Shown one piece after another: positions 30,356 to 40,066 of a stretch of DNA of 64,000 nt. A program made the position numbers and the translations under genes. The stretch spans positions 32,001 through 96,000 of the forward strand of contig CAVVMW010000008.1 of NCBI GenBank assembly GCA_963749495.1, written 5' to 3'. The first letter of the stretch is position 1, and the number at the start of each line of letters is the position of its first letter. The notes beneath the pieces are model-generated. The model was not told the DNA's origin. It did no database searches and saw nothing but the letters and a program-made list of their open reading frames with translations. The stretch is from an uncultured bacterium (GTDB taxonomy: Bacteria > Verrucomicrobiota > Verrucomicrobiia > Limisphaerales > UBA8199).

Positions 30356-30985
30356 TCATGGGAGTAGGCGGTTCTCCCACACGTAGCGAACGAGTTCGGC
30401 GCTGGTATCCATACTCATCTTGCCAAGAATGCGTGAGCGGTAGGTGCTCACGGTGTTCCCGCTCAAAGACAAGTCCACCGCCGCTTCCTTTACGGTCCTG
30501 CCGGCCCCGATGAGCAGGAGCACCTGCATCTCCCGATCGGAGAGCGCCTCGTGCGGGGGCCCCTCGCGCGCGGCGCTCAACTCCGCAGCCAAGTGTTGGG
30601 CCAGCGTCTCACTCACGTACCGCTCGCCCTCCAGGGTCTTGCGCACTGCCCGGACCATTTCCACCGGGGCGCTGGAATCGGCCAGGTAGCCCGACGCGCC
30701 GGCCCGGAAGGCGCGCGCCGCATATTGATGCTCCGGATACGTGCTCAGCATCAGCACCGGCAATTCCGGGCGCTGAGCTTTGATGGCCTTCATGGCCTCC
30801 AATCCGCTGCGACCGGGCAGGGGCAGGGCCAGGATGACCAGGTCCCAGCACCGGCCCAGGGCCATCCCAATGCCTTCCGCCGCGTTGCCGGCCTCGCCGA
30901 AGCTCACCCGGTGGAATTCCTCGGCCAGGACCCGCTTCAGACCCTCGCGCACCAGCGTGTGATCATCCACAATCAGTATCCGCAA
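30356..30985 (-). CDS. NarL/FixJ family response regulator with an atypical receiver domain
   Basis: ILIVDDH..VREG; LuxR HTH (LSDREMQVL...LSGNTVSTYRSRILGKM); phospho-Asp replaced by Ala. The ORF extends upstream to 31051. Confidence 0.85.
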   Translation of the reverse strand: MRILIVDDHTLVREGLKRVLAEEFHRVSFGEAGNAAEGIGMALGRCWDLVILALPLPGRSGLEAMKAIKAQRPELPVLMLSTYPEHQYAARAFRAGASGYLADSSAPVEMVRAVRKTLEGERYVSETLAQHLAAELSAAREGPPHEALSDREMQVLLLIGAGRTVKEAAVDLSLSGNTVSTYRSRILGKMSMDTSAELVRYVWENRLLP

Positions 30986-31135
30986 ACCTGGTTCTACCCG
31001 GCGCGACCGGAAGGCAACTCCGGGTCTCTCTTTGACATCAATCGCCAACATGCGGGCAGGATTCTATTCCATGTGCCCCGGCCCATCTACAGAGTTTAAG
31101 TAACATTCGCCTGTTGCAGAGGTTCAAGTCGGGAT

Positions 31136-31240
31136 GCGGCCCAGCGGGCCGCCAGAGCCTAGCCCAGGGCTGAGGCCGCCAGGCCGATGCCCTGGGTTTC
31201 GGCACAACCGGGGACCGGGCGTCCGGAAGGGGCGCAAGAG
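31136..31240. repeat. REP-like arm (right)
   Basis: CAGAGCCTAGCCCAGGGCTGAGGCCGCCAGGCCGATGCCCTGGG, reverse complement of the left arm. Confidence 0.8.
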
Positions 31241-31249
31241 CGCCTCTGG

Positions 31250-31485
31250 CTCTCCATGAACCGAAAAACGCATCCGTTGATTTCCAACGACTTACGCGTT
31301 TTGGGTTCATGGTCCCAATGCATGCGCAAAAGCGAAAGGAGGCTCCCCATGAACCTGGATTGGTCTTGGCGTCCACCCGGACGGGGAGAGCGCGGGAAAA
31401 CCGCGCACTCCAGACGCTTCGCGAAATGGGGCGCGTGGCCCCAATCGCGAAGCGTCTGGAGTGCGGAGCATTCCGCCGCTCTGCT
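31250..31485. repeat. Cluster of further REP-like hairpins
   Basis: CCATGAACC...GGTTCATGG...CCATGAACC and GCACTCCAGACGCTTCGCGA...TCGCGAAGCGTCTGGAGTGC. Confidence 0.75.
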
Positions 31486-31588
31486 CCGAGGCATTCGCAC
31501 GAGCCAAGGTTCAGGCCCTCAATGCGCGCAAGTTCTTTGGGGGAATTCTCTCAGGCTGGGCCAATGGTTGAGAGGCCCATTCCCCGTA

Positions 31589-31909
31589 TCAAGCGAAATT
31601 GAAGTTTTTGCGAATCCCGCTTTCGCCCGCCCTGCGCAGTAGTCTCAGGAAGCGGCTGCACTCGGAGACGCGCGTTTGGCGCCGTATCACTACGATGATG
31701 CCCGCGTGAGCATTGTGCGCGGCCAGCTCCAGGAAATGCCCGCGGTTGCAGGTAACCAACACCGCCCCATGAGCGTGCGCAAAGGCGAGCACGGCAGCAT
31801 CTTCGGATTCTCGCGGAAGCAGTTCGCGCAACCGGGTGGCCCTATGACCCGCCTGCGTAGCGACCCGCGCGATCGCGTCGGGCACATCATTGTCCAACAG
31901 AAAAGTCAC
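31589..31909 (-). CDS. DUF5615 PIN-like toxin
   Basis: FLLDNDVP...GH.A......D..VL.FA.....VLVTCN..HF...HAGII; overlaps the upstream DUF433 gene by 4 nt. Confidence 0.85.
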   Translation of the reverse strand: MTFLLDNDVPDAIARVATQAGHRATRLRELLPRESEDAAVLAFAHAHGAVLVTCNRGHFLELAAHNAHAGIIVVIRRQTRVSECSRFLRLLRRAGESGIRKNFNFA

Positions 31910-32166
31910 GCCTCAGCTTCCGACATCTGGCTGGCGACGAGGTAATCGATTTCCGCCATGTGATCCTCGTAGTAGGCAAGACATTCATAGACCTGGGCTC
32001 GGGTCAATCCTGGCAACGCGCGCGTGATTGAGTCCACGGTCTCCCCGTTTTGCAGGAGCCCAACGACGTCATGGACAGCTATGCGGCTGCCCTCAAGCCG
32101 GGCGTTCCCGCCGCATACTCCTGAGGTCCGCGTGATGTAACGATAGGTCTCGACCGCTCTATTCAT
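31906..32166 (-). CDS. DUF433 antitoxin
   Basis: YITRTSGVCGGNARLEGSRIAVHDVV...LTRAQVYECLAYYEDH..EID. Confidence 0.88.
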   Translation of the reverse strand: MNRAVETYRYITRTSGVCGGNARLEGSRIAVHDVVGLLQNGETVDSITRALPGLTRAQVYECLAYYEDHMAEIDYLVASQMSEAEA

Positions 32167-32230
32167 GTGCCAAGCATAGCCGTCTCTGCCCGTGCCTGCA
32201 ACGCTGCCGTGGCAACACAGTGTGATTAAA

Positions 32231-33421
32231 TCAGATGGGCTTGGGCATCCGGGTCCAGAGGCCTTTCTTGCCGGTGCTCTTGAGGGCGGTTTCGATGAAG
32301 GCGATGCCCGTCCAGCCATCCTCGACGTTCGCATATTTGGAGCCGTCGCACTTGAAGGGCTGGCCCGCCTTCCATTTGCGCACGTCGGCCTCGAAGCAAC
32401 GATGGAGCCGGGCGTAGGCGTCGTGGAAGGCCTCCGGGTGGCCGGAGGGGATGGTGGGCTCGGCCATGAGGCCCGGGGGGACATCCTTGGGCAGGAACCC
32501 GTTGCCCGGGGTGACCGCCCCGCGCCAATAGGCGCGGTCAGGCTGGTTGGCCAGGCAGACGGTGACGGATTCGGGTTCTTCCTGGCGCCAGTGGAGGGTG
32601 CCTTTGGTGCCGGCGACGAGGATGGCGAGGTCGTTCTTGTGGCCGATGCAGATCTGGGAGGCGCGGACCAGGGCCTTGCCGCCGTTGCTGAGCCGGCAAT
32701 AGGTGGTGAAGTGATCGTCCAGAGGGCGGCCCTCGACGAAGGTCTCCAGTTGAGCGGAGACCTCGACCACGTCCAGGCCGGTGACGTAGCGGAGCTGCAT
32801 GAGGGCGTGAGTGCCGATGTCGCCGCCGCAGCCGGAGCCGCCGGCCAGCTTGGGATTGGTGCGCCAGGCGGCTTGCATCTGGCCGGTGGCCTCCAGGCGC
32901 GTGGCCAGCCAGCCCTGGAGGTAGCAGGAGTCAACCCAGCGGACCTCGCCCAGGAGGCCCGCCTGGACGATGTAGCGGGAGAACCGGCTGGTCCAGTGGC
33001 CCAGGTAGGTGTGCGCCACGCCGAACGGGACGTTGTGCTTGCGCACGGTCCTGACGATGTCGGCCGCCTCCTTGAGGTTCATGCACAGGGGCTTCTCGCA
33101 GAAGACGGCGATGCCCGCCTTGATCGCCTTGATCGCCGGGTCATAGTGAACGTGGTTGGGCGTGACGATGACGACGTAGTTCAGCTTCTGGTCCTCGGGC
33201 AGGCCGGCGTTGGCGGCGATCATCTCGTCGTAGGAGCCGTAGCCCTTGAGCGGATAGGGCCAGTTGGCCGCCTCTTCCAGGGCGATTTTCGGGTCGGGGA
33301 ACAGGGCGGCGGCGGTCACCCGCCGCGTGCCGTCGAAATGAATCGCCTTCTGGTGCGGCTGCACGATGAAGGCGCCCTTGCCGCCGCCGACTAATCCGAC
33401 ATTGAGGGGTCTGTTGGGCAT
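32231..33421 (-). CDS. Gfo/Idh/MocA family oxidoreductase
   Basis: [32 protein letters not shown]. Confidence 0.92.
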   Translation of the reverse strand: MPNRPLNVGLVGGGKGAFIVQPHQKAIHFDGTRRVTAAALFPDPKIALEEAANWPYPLKGYGSYDEMIAANAGLPEDQKLNYVVIVTPNHVHYDPAIKAIKAGIAVFCEKPLCMNLKEAADIVRTVRKHNVPFGVAHTYLGHWTSRFSRYIVQAGLLGEVRWVDSCYLQGWLATRLEATGQMQAAWRTNPKLAGGSGCGGDIGTHALMQLRYVTGLDVVEVSAQLETFVEGRPLDDHFTTYCRLSNGGKALVRASQICIGHKNDLAILVAGTKGTLHWRQEEPESVTVCLANQPDRAYWRGAVTPGNGFLPKDVPPGLMAEPTIPSGHPEAFHDAYARLHRCFEADVRKWKAGQPFKCDGSKYANVEDGWTGIAFIETALKSTGKKGLWTRMPKPI

Positions 33422-33619
33422 AGATGCTTCTCCGTTTTTATTGTGTTAGTCTTTTTAGCAGTTTGTCGCTCGATAATTTGTTTCGTCAAACCTTCGCGGG
33501 CGGCAGCATAAAGAGACGCCCCGCCCGTTTCAAGGCCGGAACGCAGATTTCGGCGGGCATTCGGGCGCGTCTCAACCTTGTCGAGCCCGGCCGAAGCGGG
33601 CGATGGGAGCGCGCGTCCG

Positions 33620-33720
33620 AATTCGCGAAGCGTTTTGGACTGCGGCAGTCCTCTGCCGCTTTTCGGACCCTGGGGACGCGAAAGCGCCAGAGGACTGGCG
33701 CAGTCCAAAACCTTGCGGGC
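33620..33720. repeat. REP-like inverted repeat
   Basis: GTTTTGGACTGCG.CAGTCCTCTG...CAGAGGACTGGCGCAGTCCAAAAC. Confidence 0.8.
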
Positions 33721-33881
33721 TTGCCGACGCCGCGCTCCAATTGCCTGGGTTGCCGAGGGCCGACAAAGGTGAGATGCGCCCGGGAACATTCCCATCGGCT
33801 CAAATGTGCCCGAGCCTTGAAGCCGCGCCGCCGCCGGGGCTTGTCACCGTGCGGGTTTTGTAACAATGTATTCTGCGAAAT

Positions 33882-35144
33882 ATGGCAGGCAAATCGAGTT
33901 TCTTGGACAAGGTGCTGGGCCACATTGGGCGGCTGGACGCGGAGGGGCTTCAGACGGTGGTCCAGCGGCTGGCGCGCGAGCGGAATTTCCTGGAGACGCT
34001 CTTCAACACGATCGAGGACGGCGTGCTGGTGGTCGATGAGGCGGGGCGCATCCTCTATTTCAACCAGGCGGTGACACGGTTGCTGGGCTTGCAGGGGAAC
34101 GTCGAGGGCGAGCCGGTGACCGACCACATTCCGGGGCTGGACTGGGAGAAGCTGGCGCGGTTCGATTTGGCCGGGGGCCAGGGCGGGGTGCGGCATGAAT
34201 TCGAGGTGCTCTACCCGCGGCCGCGTTTTCTGCGGCTCTACGCCGCGCCGCTGGACGGCGAGGGGCCGGGGAGCGCGGGGGTGGCGCTGATCCTGCACGA
34301 TGCGACCGAGGCGCGGCAGCAGACCTTCGAGGCGATCGAGAGCGAACGCATCCAGGCGCTGACGCTGCTGGCGGCCAGCGTGGCCCATGAGATCGGCAAC
34401 CCGCTCAACGCCTTGCACATCCACCTGCAACTGATGGAGCGCGAGGTCAAGAAGCTCAAGAGCTCGGTGGAGAGGACGCCCTCGCCGGGCGCGGCGGCCG
34501 GCCCTCGTTCGCGGGACCGCGCCCGGGGCGTGGGCCTGGAGAGCGAGGCGGCGGAGATAGCCGCCCGGCTCGAGCAGTTCCACGCCGTGGCCAAAGGCGA
34601 GATCAACCGCCTGGACTGCATCGTCACTCAGTTCCTGCAGGCCATTCGCCCGACCGCCCCGCAACTCAGGCCCGCCGGGCTCAACGAGGTGGTCCAGAAG
34701 ACCCTCGAACTGCTCCGGCCCGAATTGGACAATCGGGGCCTGAACGTCAAGACCCGGCTGGCCCGCCAATTGCCCGCGACCCCGATTGACCCCAACCAGG
34801 TCCAACAGGTCCTGGTCAACCTGGCGCGAAACGCCATGCAGGCGATGACTCGCGACGGCACCTTGTCCCTGGAGACCTGGGAAGGGGCGGACGGGGTTTG
34901 GGTCAGCGTGGCCGATACGGGCGGCGGCATACCGCAGGAACAGATCAATCGCATCTTCGAACCGTTTTTCACCACGAAGAAAAGAGGCTCGGGCCTGGGC
35001 CTGATGATCGTCCAGCGCATCGTGCGGGCCCACGGCGGCCGCATCGAACTGGAGAGCCAGGTCGGCCGCGGCACCACCTTCCGCATCTGGCTGCCCCTGC
35101 ACGAACGCAAACCCCGCCTGCTCGAGGCCCCGATGCATGATTAA
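33882..35144 (+). CDS. PAS-domain sensor histidine kinase
   Basis: AHEIGNPL, NLARNA, DTGGGI, FEPFFTTK, GSGLGL. Confidence 0.93.
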   Translation: MAGKSSFLDKVLGHIGRLDAEGLQTVVQRLARERNFLETLFNTIEDGVLVVDEAGRILYFNQAVTRLLGLQGNVEGEPVTDHIPGLDWEKLARFDLAGGQGGVRHEFEVLYPRPRFLRLYAAPLDGEGPGSAGVALILHDATEARQQTFEAIESERIQALTLLAASVAHEIGNPLNALHIHLQLMEREVKKLKSSVERTPSPGAAAGPRSRDRARGVGLESEAAEIAARLEQFHAVAKGEINRLDCIVTQFLQAIRPTAPQLRPAGLNEVVQKTLELLRPELDNRGLNVKTRLARQLPATPIDPNQVQQVLVNLARNAMQAMTRDGTLSLETWEGADGVWVSVADTGGGIPQEQINRIFEPFFTTKKRGSGLGLMIVQRIVRAHGGRIELESQVGRGTTFRIWLPLHERKPRLLEAPMHD

Positions 35145-35355
35145 AGGCTAAAGGCTGAAGGCTAAAGGCCGAGGGCGCCTGGCGCGCGTTGCCCTGTCCC
35201 TTTCGTCCCTTATGTCGCTTATGTCCCTTTTGTCCCGCAAGCCGAGGCCCGGCCGCTAACCCCTCCAGGCTCCGTTGCACTCGCCCGGCCTTCGGCACTT
35301 TAGCCTTTAGCCTTTAGCCTTTAATTTAGCCTTTAGCCTTTAGCCTTTAGCCTTT
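35142..35355. repeat. MITE-like element with inverted (GCTAAAG)n/(CTTTAGC)n arms (copy 1)
   Basis: Arms and core GCGCGTTGCCCTGTCCCTTTCGT.CCTTATGTCGCTTATGTCCCTTTTGTCCC are shared with 38762-38956. Confidence 0.85.
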
Positions 35356-35374
35356 ATTCTGTGCGCCGCCAGAA

Positions 35375-36748
35375 ATGACGCCGACGATATTGATAGTGGA
35401 TGACGAGAAGACGCAGCGGGAAGGGCTCCGGGCGGCGCTGGAGGACCGCTATGATGTGTATCTGGCGGAGGACGCGCGGACGGCAATGGAGTTGCTGGAG
35501 CGCGAGGCGGTGGACGTGCTGCTGACGGATTTCCGGCTGCCGAGCGAGGACGGGATGAAGCTCATCACGCGGGCCAAGTCGCTCTCCAAGCCGCCCATCT
35601 GCATCCTGATGACGGCCTATGGGTCGGAGGAGTTGGCGGTGGAGGCGATGAAACGCGGGGCGGACGACTACATCGCCAAGGGGCGGATGCAGATCGACGA
35701 ACTGGAGATGCGGATAGCGCGGGCCTTGCGGCAGCAGAACCTGGAGGCGGAGAACGTCTCGCTGCGCCAGCAGCTCGATGTGAAGTTCGGGCTGGAGAAC
35801 CTGGTCGGCGAGTCGCCCGCCATGCGCGAGGTGCTGGAGATGGTGCGGCAAGTGGCGCCGTCGCGGGCGACGGTCCTCCTGCAGGGCGAGAGCGGCACCG
35901 GCAAGGAGCGCGTTGTCAAGGCCATCCACCAGCTCAGTCCCCGCGCCCGCCAGCCGATGGTGACCGTGCACTGCGCGGCGCTGGCGCCGACGCTGCTGGA
36001 GAGCGAGCTCTTCGGCCATGAGAAGGGCGCCTTCACCGGGGCCTACGAACGGCGGATAGGCCGTTTCGAGCAGGCCCAGGGCGGCACGTTGTTCCTGGAC
36101 GAGATCGGCGAGATTGATGCCTCGGTGCAGATCAAGCTGCTGCGGTTTTTGGGCGAGCGGACCTTCGAGCGGGTCGGCTCGAACAAGACGCTGACCGCCG
36201 ACGTGCGCCTGGTGGCGGCCACGAACAAGAGCCTCGAGGAACTGGTCAAGACCGGGGCGTTCCGCGAGGACCTGTTTTTCCGGTTGCGGGTGGTGGAGAT
36301 TTGGCTGCCGCCGCTGCGGGAGCGGCCGGAGGACATCCCGTTGTTGGCGCAGGCCTTTGTGCGGGAGTTTGCCGCCGAGAACAACAAGCCGGTGGCCGGC
36401 TTCACGCCGGAGGCGCTGGCGTTGCTGCTGCGCTATGCCTGGCCCGGCAACGTGCGGGAGCTGCGCACCTCCGTCGAACACGGCGTCGTCCTGTGCCGGG
36501 GCGAGCGCATCGGCGCGCGCGACCTGCCGCCCTCGGTGCGCAACGGCGGCAGCGCCGGGCCGGCCAAGGAGCAGGCGCACCCCCTGGCCCCGCCAAGCGA
36601 CCTGACCGTCAAAGAGGCGGAAAAGGAACTTATCCTGCGCGCGCTCAAAGAGACCGGTGGCAATCGCACTCTGGCGGCAAAGAAACTGGGCTTGAGCCGG
36701 CGCACCCTGCACCGCAAGCTCCACGCCTACCACATCGAGGGATTTTAA
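35375..36748 (+). CDS. Sigma-54-dependent response regulator (NtrC/AtoC family)
   Basis: REC domain, GESGTGKE, GAFTGA, LFLDEIG, WPGNVREL, Fis HTH. Confidence 0.95.
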   Translation: MTPTILIVDDEKTQREGLRAALEDRYDVYLAEDARTAMELLEREAVDVLLTDFRLPSEDGMKLITRAKSLSKPPICILMTAYGSEELAVEAMKRGADDYIAKGRMQIDELEMRIARALRQQNLEAENVSLRQQLDVKFGLENLVGESPAMREVLEMVRQVAPSRATVLLQGESGTGKERVVKAIHQLSPRARQPMVTVHCAALAPTLLESELFGHEKGAFTGAYERRIGRFEQAQGGTLFLDEIGEIDASVQIKLLRFLGERTFERVGSNKTLTADVRLVAATNKSLEELVKTGAFREDLFFRLRVVEIWLPPLRERPEDIPLLAQAFVREFAAENNKPVAGFTPEALALLLRYAWPGNVRELRTSVEHGVVLCRGERIGARDLPPSVRNGGSAGPAKEQAHPLAPPSDLTVKEAEKELILRALKETGGNRTLAAKKLGLSRRTLHRKLHAYHIEGF

Positions 36749-36792
36749 CGTGGCGCCGACGATCTTAAACGGCGGTTCAGGAGCATTCGGAC

Positions 36793-36865
36793 GCGAGGGT
36801 CGAGGGACGAGGGGCGAGGGTCGAGGGAGGGAACTCCGCCCCTCGCCCCTCGCCCCTCGCCCCTT
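36793..36865. repeat. Heptamer hairpin (CGAGGGG-type / CCCCTCG-type)
   Basis: Inverted 7-mer arrays in the intergenic spacer. Confidence 0.8.
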
Positions 36866-36922
36866 CGAGGTCCGATTACTTATGAACCAAGGTCTAGCTA
36901 CGTCGACCAATCTAACCTAACC

Positions 36923-38764
36923 ATGCACATTCCACTACCTCAAGATATCGTTCACCAATTGGAAGTCGGCGGGGCCAACCGCTACTTCCGCATCGGGCTG
37001 CTCGTGCTGGGCCTGGCGGCGGTGACCTTTTTTTATGATTGGCGCGCCTTTAAGAACATGAATACCCAGGAGGCCATGGACAGCGCGCAGGTCGCCCGGA
37101 ACCTGGCCCAGGGCAAGGGCTACAGCACGCTCTTCATCCGCCCCTTGAGCCTCTACCTGGTCAAGCGCCATAACCAGGGGACGGCGCGCCAAGCGGACAT
37201 GGCGGCGGACCCTGCCCGGGTCAAGGGCGCGCACCCCGACCTGGCCAATCCCCCGGTCTATCCCGTCCTGCTGGCCGGCCTGATGAAGGTGCTGCCCTTC
37301 CATTACCCGCTTTCGCGAGGCCCATTCTGGACACGGGACGGCGCCTTCTGGCGCTACGAGCCTGATTTTCTCATCACGCTGTTCAACCAGGTCCTGTTTT
37401 TGGGGATGGTGGTGGCGGTCTTCTTCCTGGCCAGACGCCTGTTCGATGCGCCTGTGGCGTGGCTTTCGGCGGTGTTGCTGGTGGGCGGCGATTTGTATTG
37501 GCGCTTCTCGGTTTCCGGGCTCTCGACGATGCTCCTGCTGTTGATCTTCACGGGGCTGGCCTGGTGCCTGGTGCTGGTCGAGGAGGAGTCGCGCGAGCCC
37601 AAGTGGGGGCGGAACGGGGTGTTTCTGCTTGGGGCGGCTCTCGGGGTCCTGGTGGGTCTGGGTGGGCTGACCCGGTATAGTTTCGGGTGGTTGATCCTGC
37701 CGGTGGCGGCCTTCCTCATCCTGTTCTCGAACCAGCGGCAGCGCGCGGTCGTGACGTTGGCGGCCCTGGCCGGGTTTGTCCTGGTGATGGGACCATGGCT
37801 GCTGCGCAACTATGCGATCAGCGGCGCCCCGTTCGGCACGGCCGGTTTCGCCGTGCTGCAGGACACGAGTATCTTTCGCGAGAACCGCCTGCTGCGCTCG
37901 CTGGAGCCCGACTTTTCGCGGGTGTCCCTGTTCCCTTTATGGATCAAGCTGATGACCAATCTGCGGCAGATCATCCAGAGCGACCTGCCCACGCTGGGCG
38001 GCACGTGGGTCACTTCGTTTTTCCTGGTGGGCCTGCTGGTGAGCTTTCACAAGCCCTCGACGCGGCGGCTGCGCTACTTTGTGTTGCTGTGCCTGCCGGT
38101 CCTGGCCGTGGTGCAGGCCCTGGGCCGCACCCAACTCTCCGAGGCCTCGCCCGAGATCAACTCCGAGAATCTCCTGGTCCTGGCGGCCCCGCTGGTGCTG
38201 GTCTATGGCGTGAGCCTCTTCTACATCCTGCTCGAGCAGGTCGAGGTCCCCGTGCTGCCGGTGCGCCATGTCATCACGGGCGTCTTCGGCTTCATTGCCT
38301 GCCTGCCGTTGGTCCTGGTCTTCCTGCCCCCCCGCCCGCAGCCGGTGACCTACCCTGCCACTCCCTACATGCCGCCGTTCATCCAGGAGTTCGCCGGTTA
38401 CATGAAGGAAAACGAACTGATGATGAGCGACATTCCCTGGGCCGTGGCCTGGTACGGCAACCGGCAAGCTGTCTGGCTCACCCTGCGCGCGGTGCCCACC
38501 GCCAAAGACCGCACTCAGCACGAGGACTTCTTCTCCATCAACGACTACATCAAGCCCGTGAATGCCCTCTACCTCACCGCCGAGAGCATGGACAGCAGGT
38601 TCGTCTCCCAGTGGCTCCAAGCCGGCGAAGAAAGCTGGGGCACTTTCATCGCCCAAACCGGCCTCATGCACAAGGTTCCGGAAGGTTTCCCCCTGGTGAA
38701 GGCCCAGGCCCTTTACTTCCCTTACCAGCTTTTCCTGGCGGATTGGGAACGCTGGATAAAGTAA
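36923..38764 (+). CDS. GT-C fold (ArnT/PMT-like) membrane glycosyltransferase
   Basis: EAMDSAQVARNL..GKG, PPVYP.LLA, LARRLF, LGGLTRY, PWLLRNY; many TM segments. Confidence 0.75.
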   Translation: MHIPLPQDIVHQLEVGGANRYFRIGLLVLGLAAVTFFYDWRAFKNMNTQEAMDSAQVARNLAQGKGYSTLFIRPLSLYLVKRHNQGTARQADMAADPARVKGAHPDLANPPVYPVLLAGLMKVLPFHYPLSRGPFWTRDGAFWRYEPDFLITLFNQVLFLGMVVAVFFLARRLFDAPVAWLSAVLLVGGDLYWRFSVSGLSTMLLLLIFTGLAWCLVLVEEESREPKWGRNGVFLLGAALGVLVGLGGLTRYSFGWLILPVAAFLILFSNQRQRAVVTLAALAGFVLVMGPWLLRNYAISGAPFGTAGFAVLQDTSIFRENRLLRSLEPDFSRVSLFPLWIKLMTNLRQIIQSDLPTLGGTWVTSFFLVGLLVSFHKPSTRRLRYFVLLCLPVLAVVQALGRTQLSEASPEINSENLLVLAAPLVLVYGVSLFYILLEQVEVPVLPVRHVITGVFGFIACLPLVLVFLPPRPQPVTYPATPYMPPFIQEFAGYMKENELMMSDIPWAVAWYGNRQAVWLTLRAVPTAKDRTQHEDFFSINDYIKPVNALYLTAESMDSRFVSQWLQAGEESWGTFIAQTGLMHKVPEGFPLVKAQALYFPYQLFLADWERWIK

Positions 38765-38956
38765 AGGCTGAAGGCTAAAGTGCCGAAGGCGCGCGTTGCC
38801 CTGTCCCTTTCGTGCCTTATGTCGCTTATGTCCCTTTTGTCCCTCAACCCGAGGCATCTCGAGAGACAAGCCCATGCTCCCCTGCATTCGCCCCGCCTTC
38901 GGCACTTTAGCCTTTAGCCTTTAGCCTTTAGCCTTTAATTCAGCCTTTAGCCTTTC
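38762..38956. repeat. MITE-like heptamer-arm element (copy 2)
   Basis: Same arms and core as 35142-35355; starts at the GT-C stop codon. Confidence 0.85.
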
Positions 38957-39671
38957 CGCCCAGGTCCACTCCGGCTTGGCGTACCTGTCCTGGGCCAGGA
39001 GGCGGATGCGGTCCAGGGGGACGTCAGCCAGGGCGGCCTGGGCCTGCCAGCCCTGGCGCAAGGCCGCTTTGAGATGCGAGGCGGGGATGCCCAGGTTGAC
39101 CAGGAACTGGGAGTGCGAACGGTTGGCGCGGTAGTCCGGCTGCCGGGAGGGCATGAGCAGCGCCTGCTCGATTAGGGCCACGTCGAAATCGAGCAAGAAG
39201 GTGCCATGAAAGAGCAGGGCGCGCCGCCTGCGCCGCTGGGAATTGCCCGAGAATTTCAGCGCGCCCAGGGCCAGGTCGGTCTGGCCCTGCGCTTGGACTG
39301 GACGCTGAAGCAGCTCCTGGAGGAGGGCCCGGTGGCGGTTCAGGACCAAGCGGTTGGTGGAGGTGACGCTGTGGAGCGGCCCGGCCGCGTCGAGGCGCAG
39401 GCTCAGCGCATAATTGAGGCAGCCCGGCCCCTGGAGGACGGTCCCGCCCCCACTGCACCGCCGCAAGATCGGCAGACCGCTTTGCCGGCAAAACGGCACA
39501 TTCACCTCGCGCTCGACCTGGTTGGCGTAGCCGACGACTACGAAGTGCCGGGCCGGCTCCCAGACTCGCAGCACCTCGCCGGCCGAAACCTTCGTCGCAG
39601 AGGTCCAGCAAAACTTCGTCGCACGCCAGGTTCTCCTCCGGGGTGGGCAAGCTCAGGTCCAGATAGAGCAT
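38921..39671 (-). CDS. lplA: Lipoate-protein ligase A family protein; frameshift near 39580
   Basis: ENLACDEVLLD / LRVWE, RRCSGGGTV, KFSGNSQ, HGTFL; divergent from the PDH operon. Confidence 0.8.
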
Positions 39672-39729
39672 CGAAGCAGAGCAAGTCGGTGGGGGAATGG
39701 GTGCGGGAACATCCGGGAGTTACACAAAC

Positions 39730-39850
39730 CAAATCGAAGCACGCGACAATGGCGCAACCTTTGTCGCAATCTGTGTCGCAACCTTCGTCGAGAAATGCGC
39801 GTTCGACAAAGGCCGCGACAAAGGCCGCGACAAAGGTCCAAAACCCTCGT
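39730..39850. repeat. Dispersed 12-mer hairpin element (copy 2)
   Basis: Reverse complement of 23965-24085. Confidence 0.8.
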
Positions 39851-39943
39851 GGCTGTGCCAATTGGCTTGTTCCAATTTAGATTCGACATTCGTCATTCGT
39901 CATTTCATGCCCCTTGGTCCACCTGTCCGCCGGAGGGCCTTCG

Positions 39944-39952
39944 TGGTATAAT
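39944..39952 (+). promoter_or_regulatory. Extended -10 promoter candidate for the aceE operon
   Basis: TGgTATAAT about 115 nt upstream of aceE; a TTGACA also occurs at 40019. Confidence 0.5.
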
Positions 39953-40066
39953 GGAACGAGGGCATTTTGCCTGGCATTGCCGTGGCAGCCCGTCCACAAT
40001 AAAAAGCCGCGCGGCGATTTGACAGTCGTACAATTGCGGTATAAGTCAAAGACATTTTACGGGACC

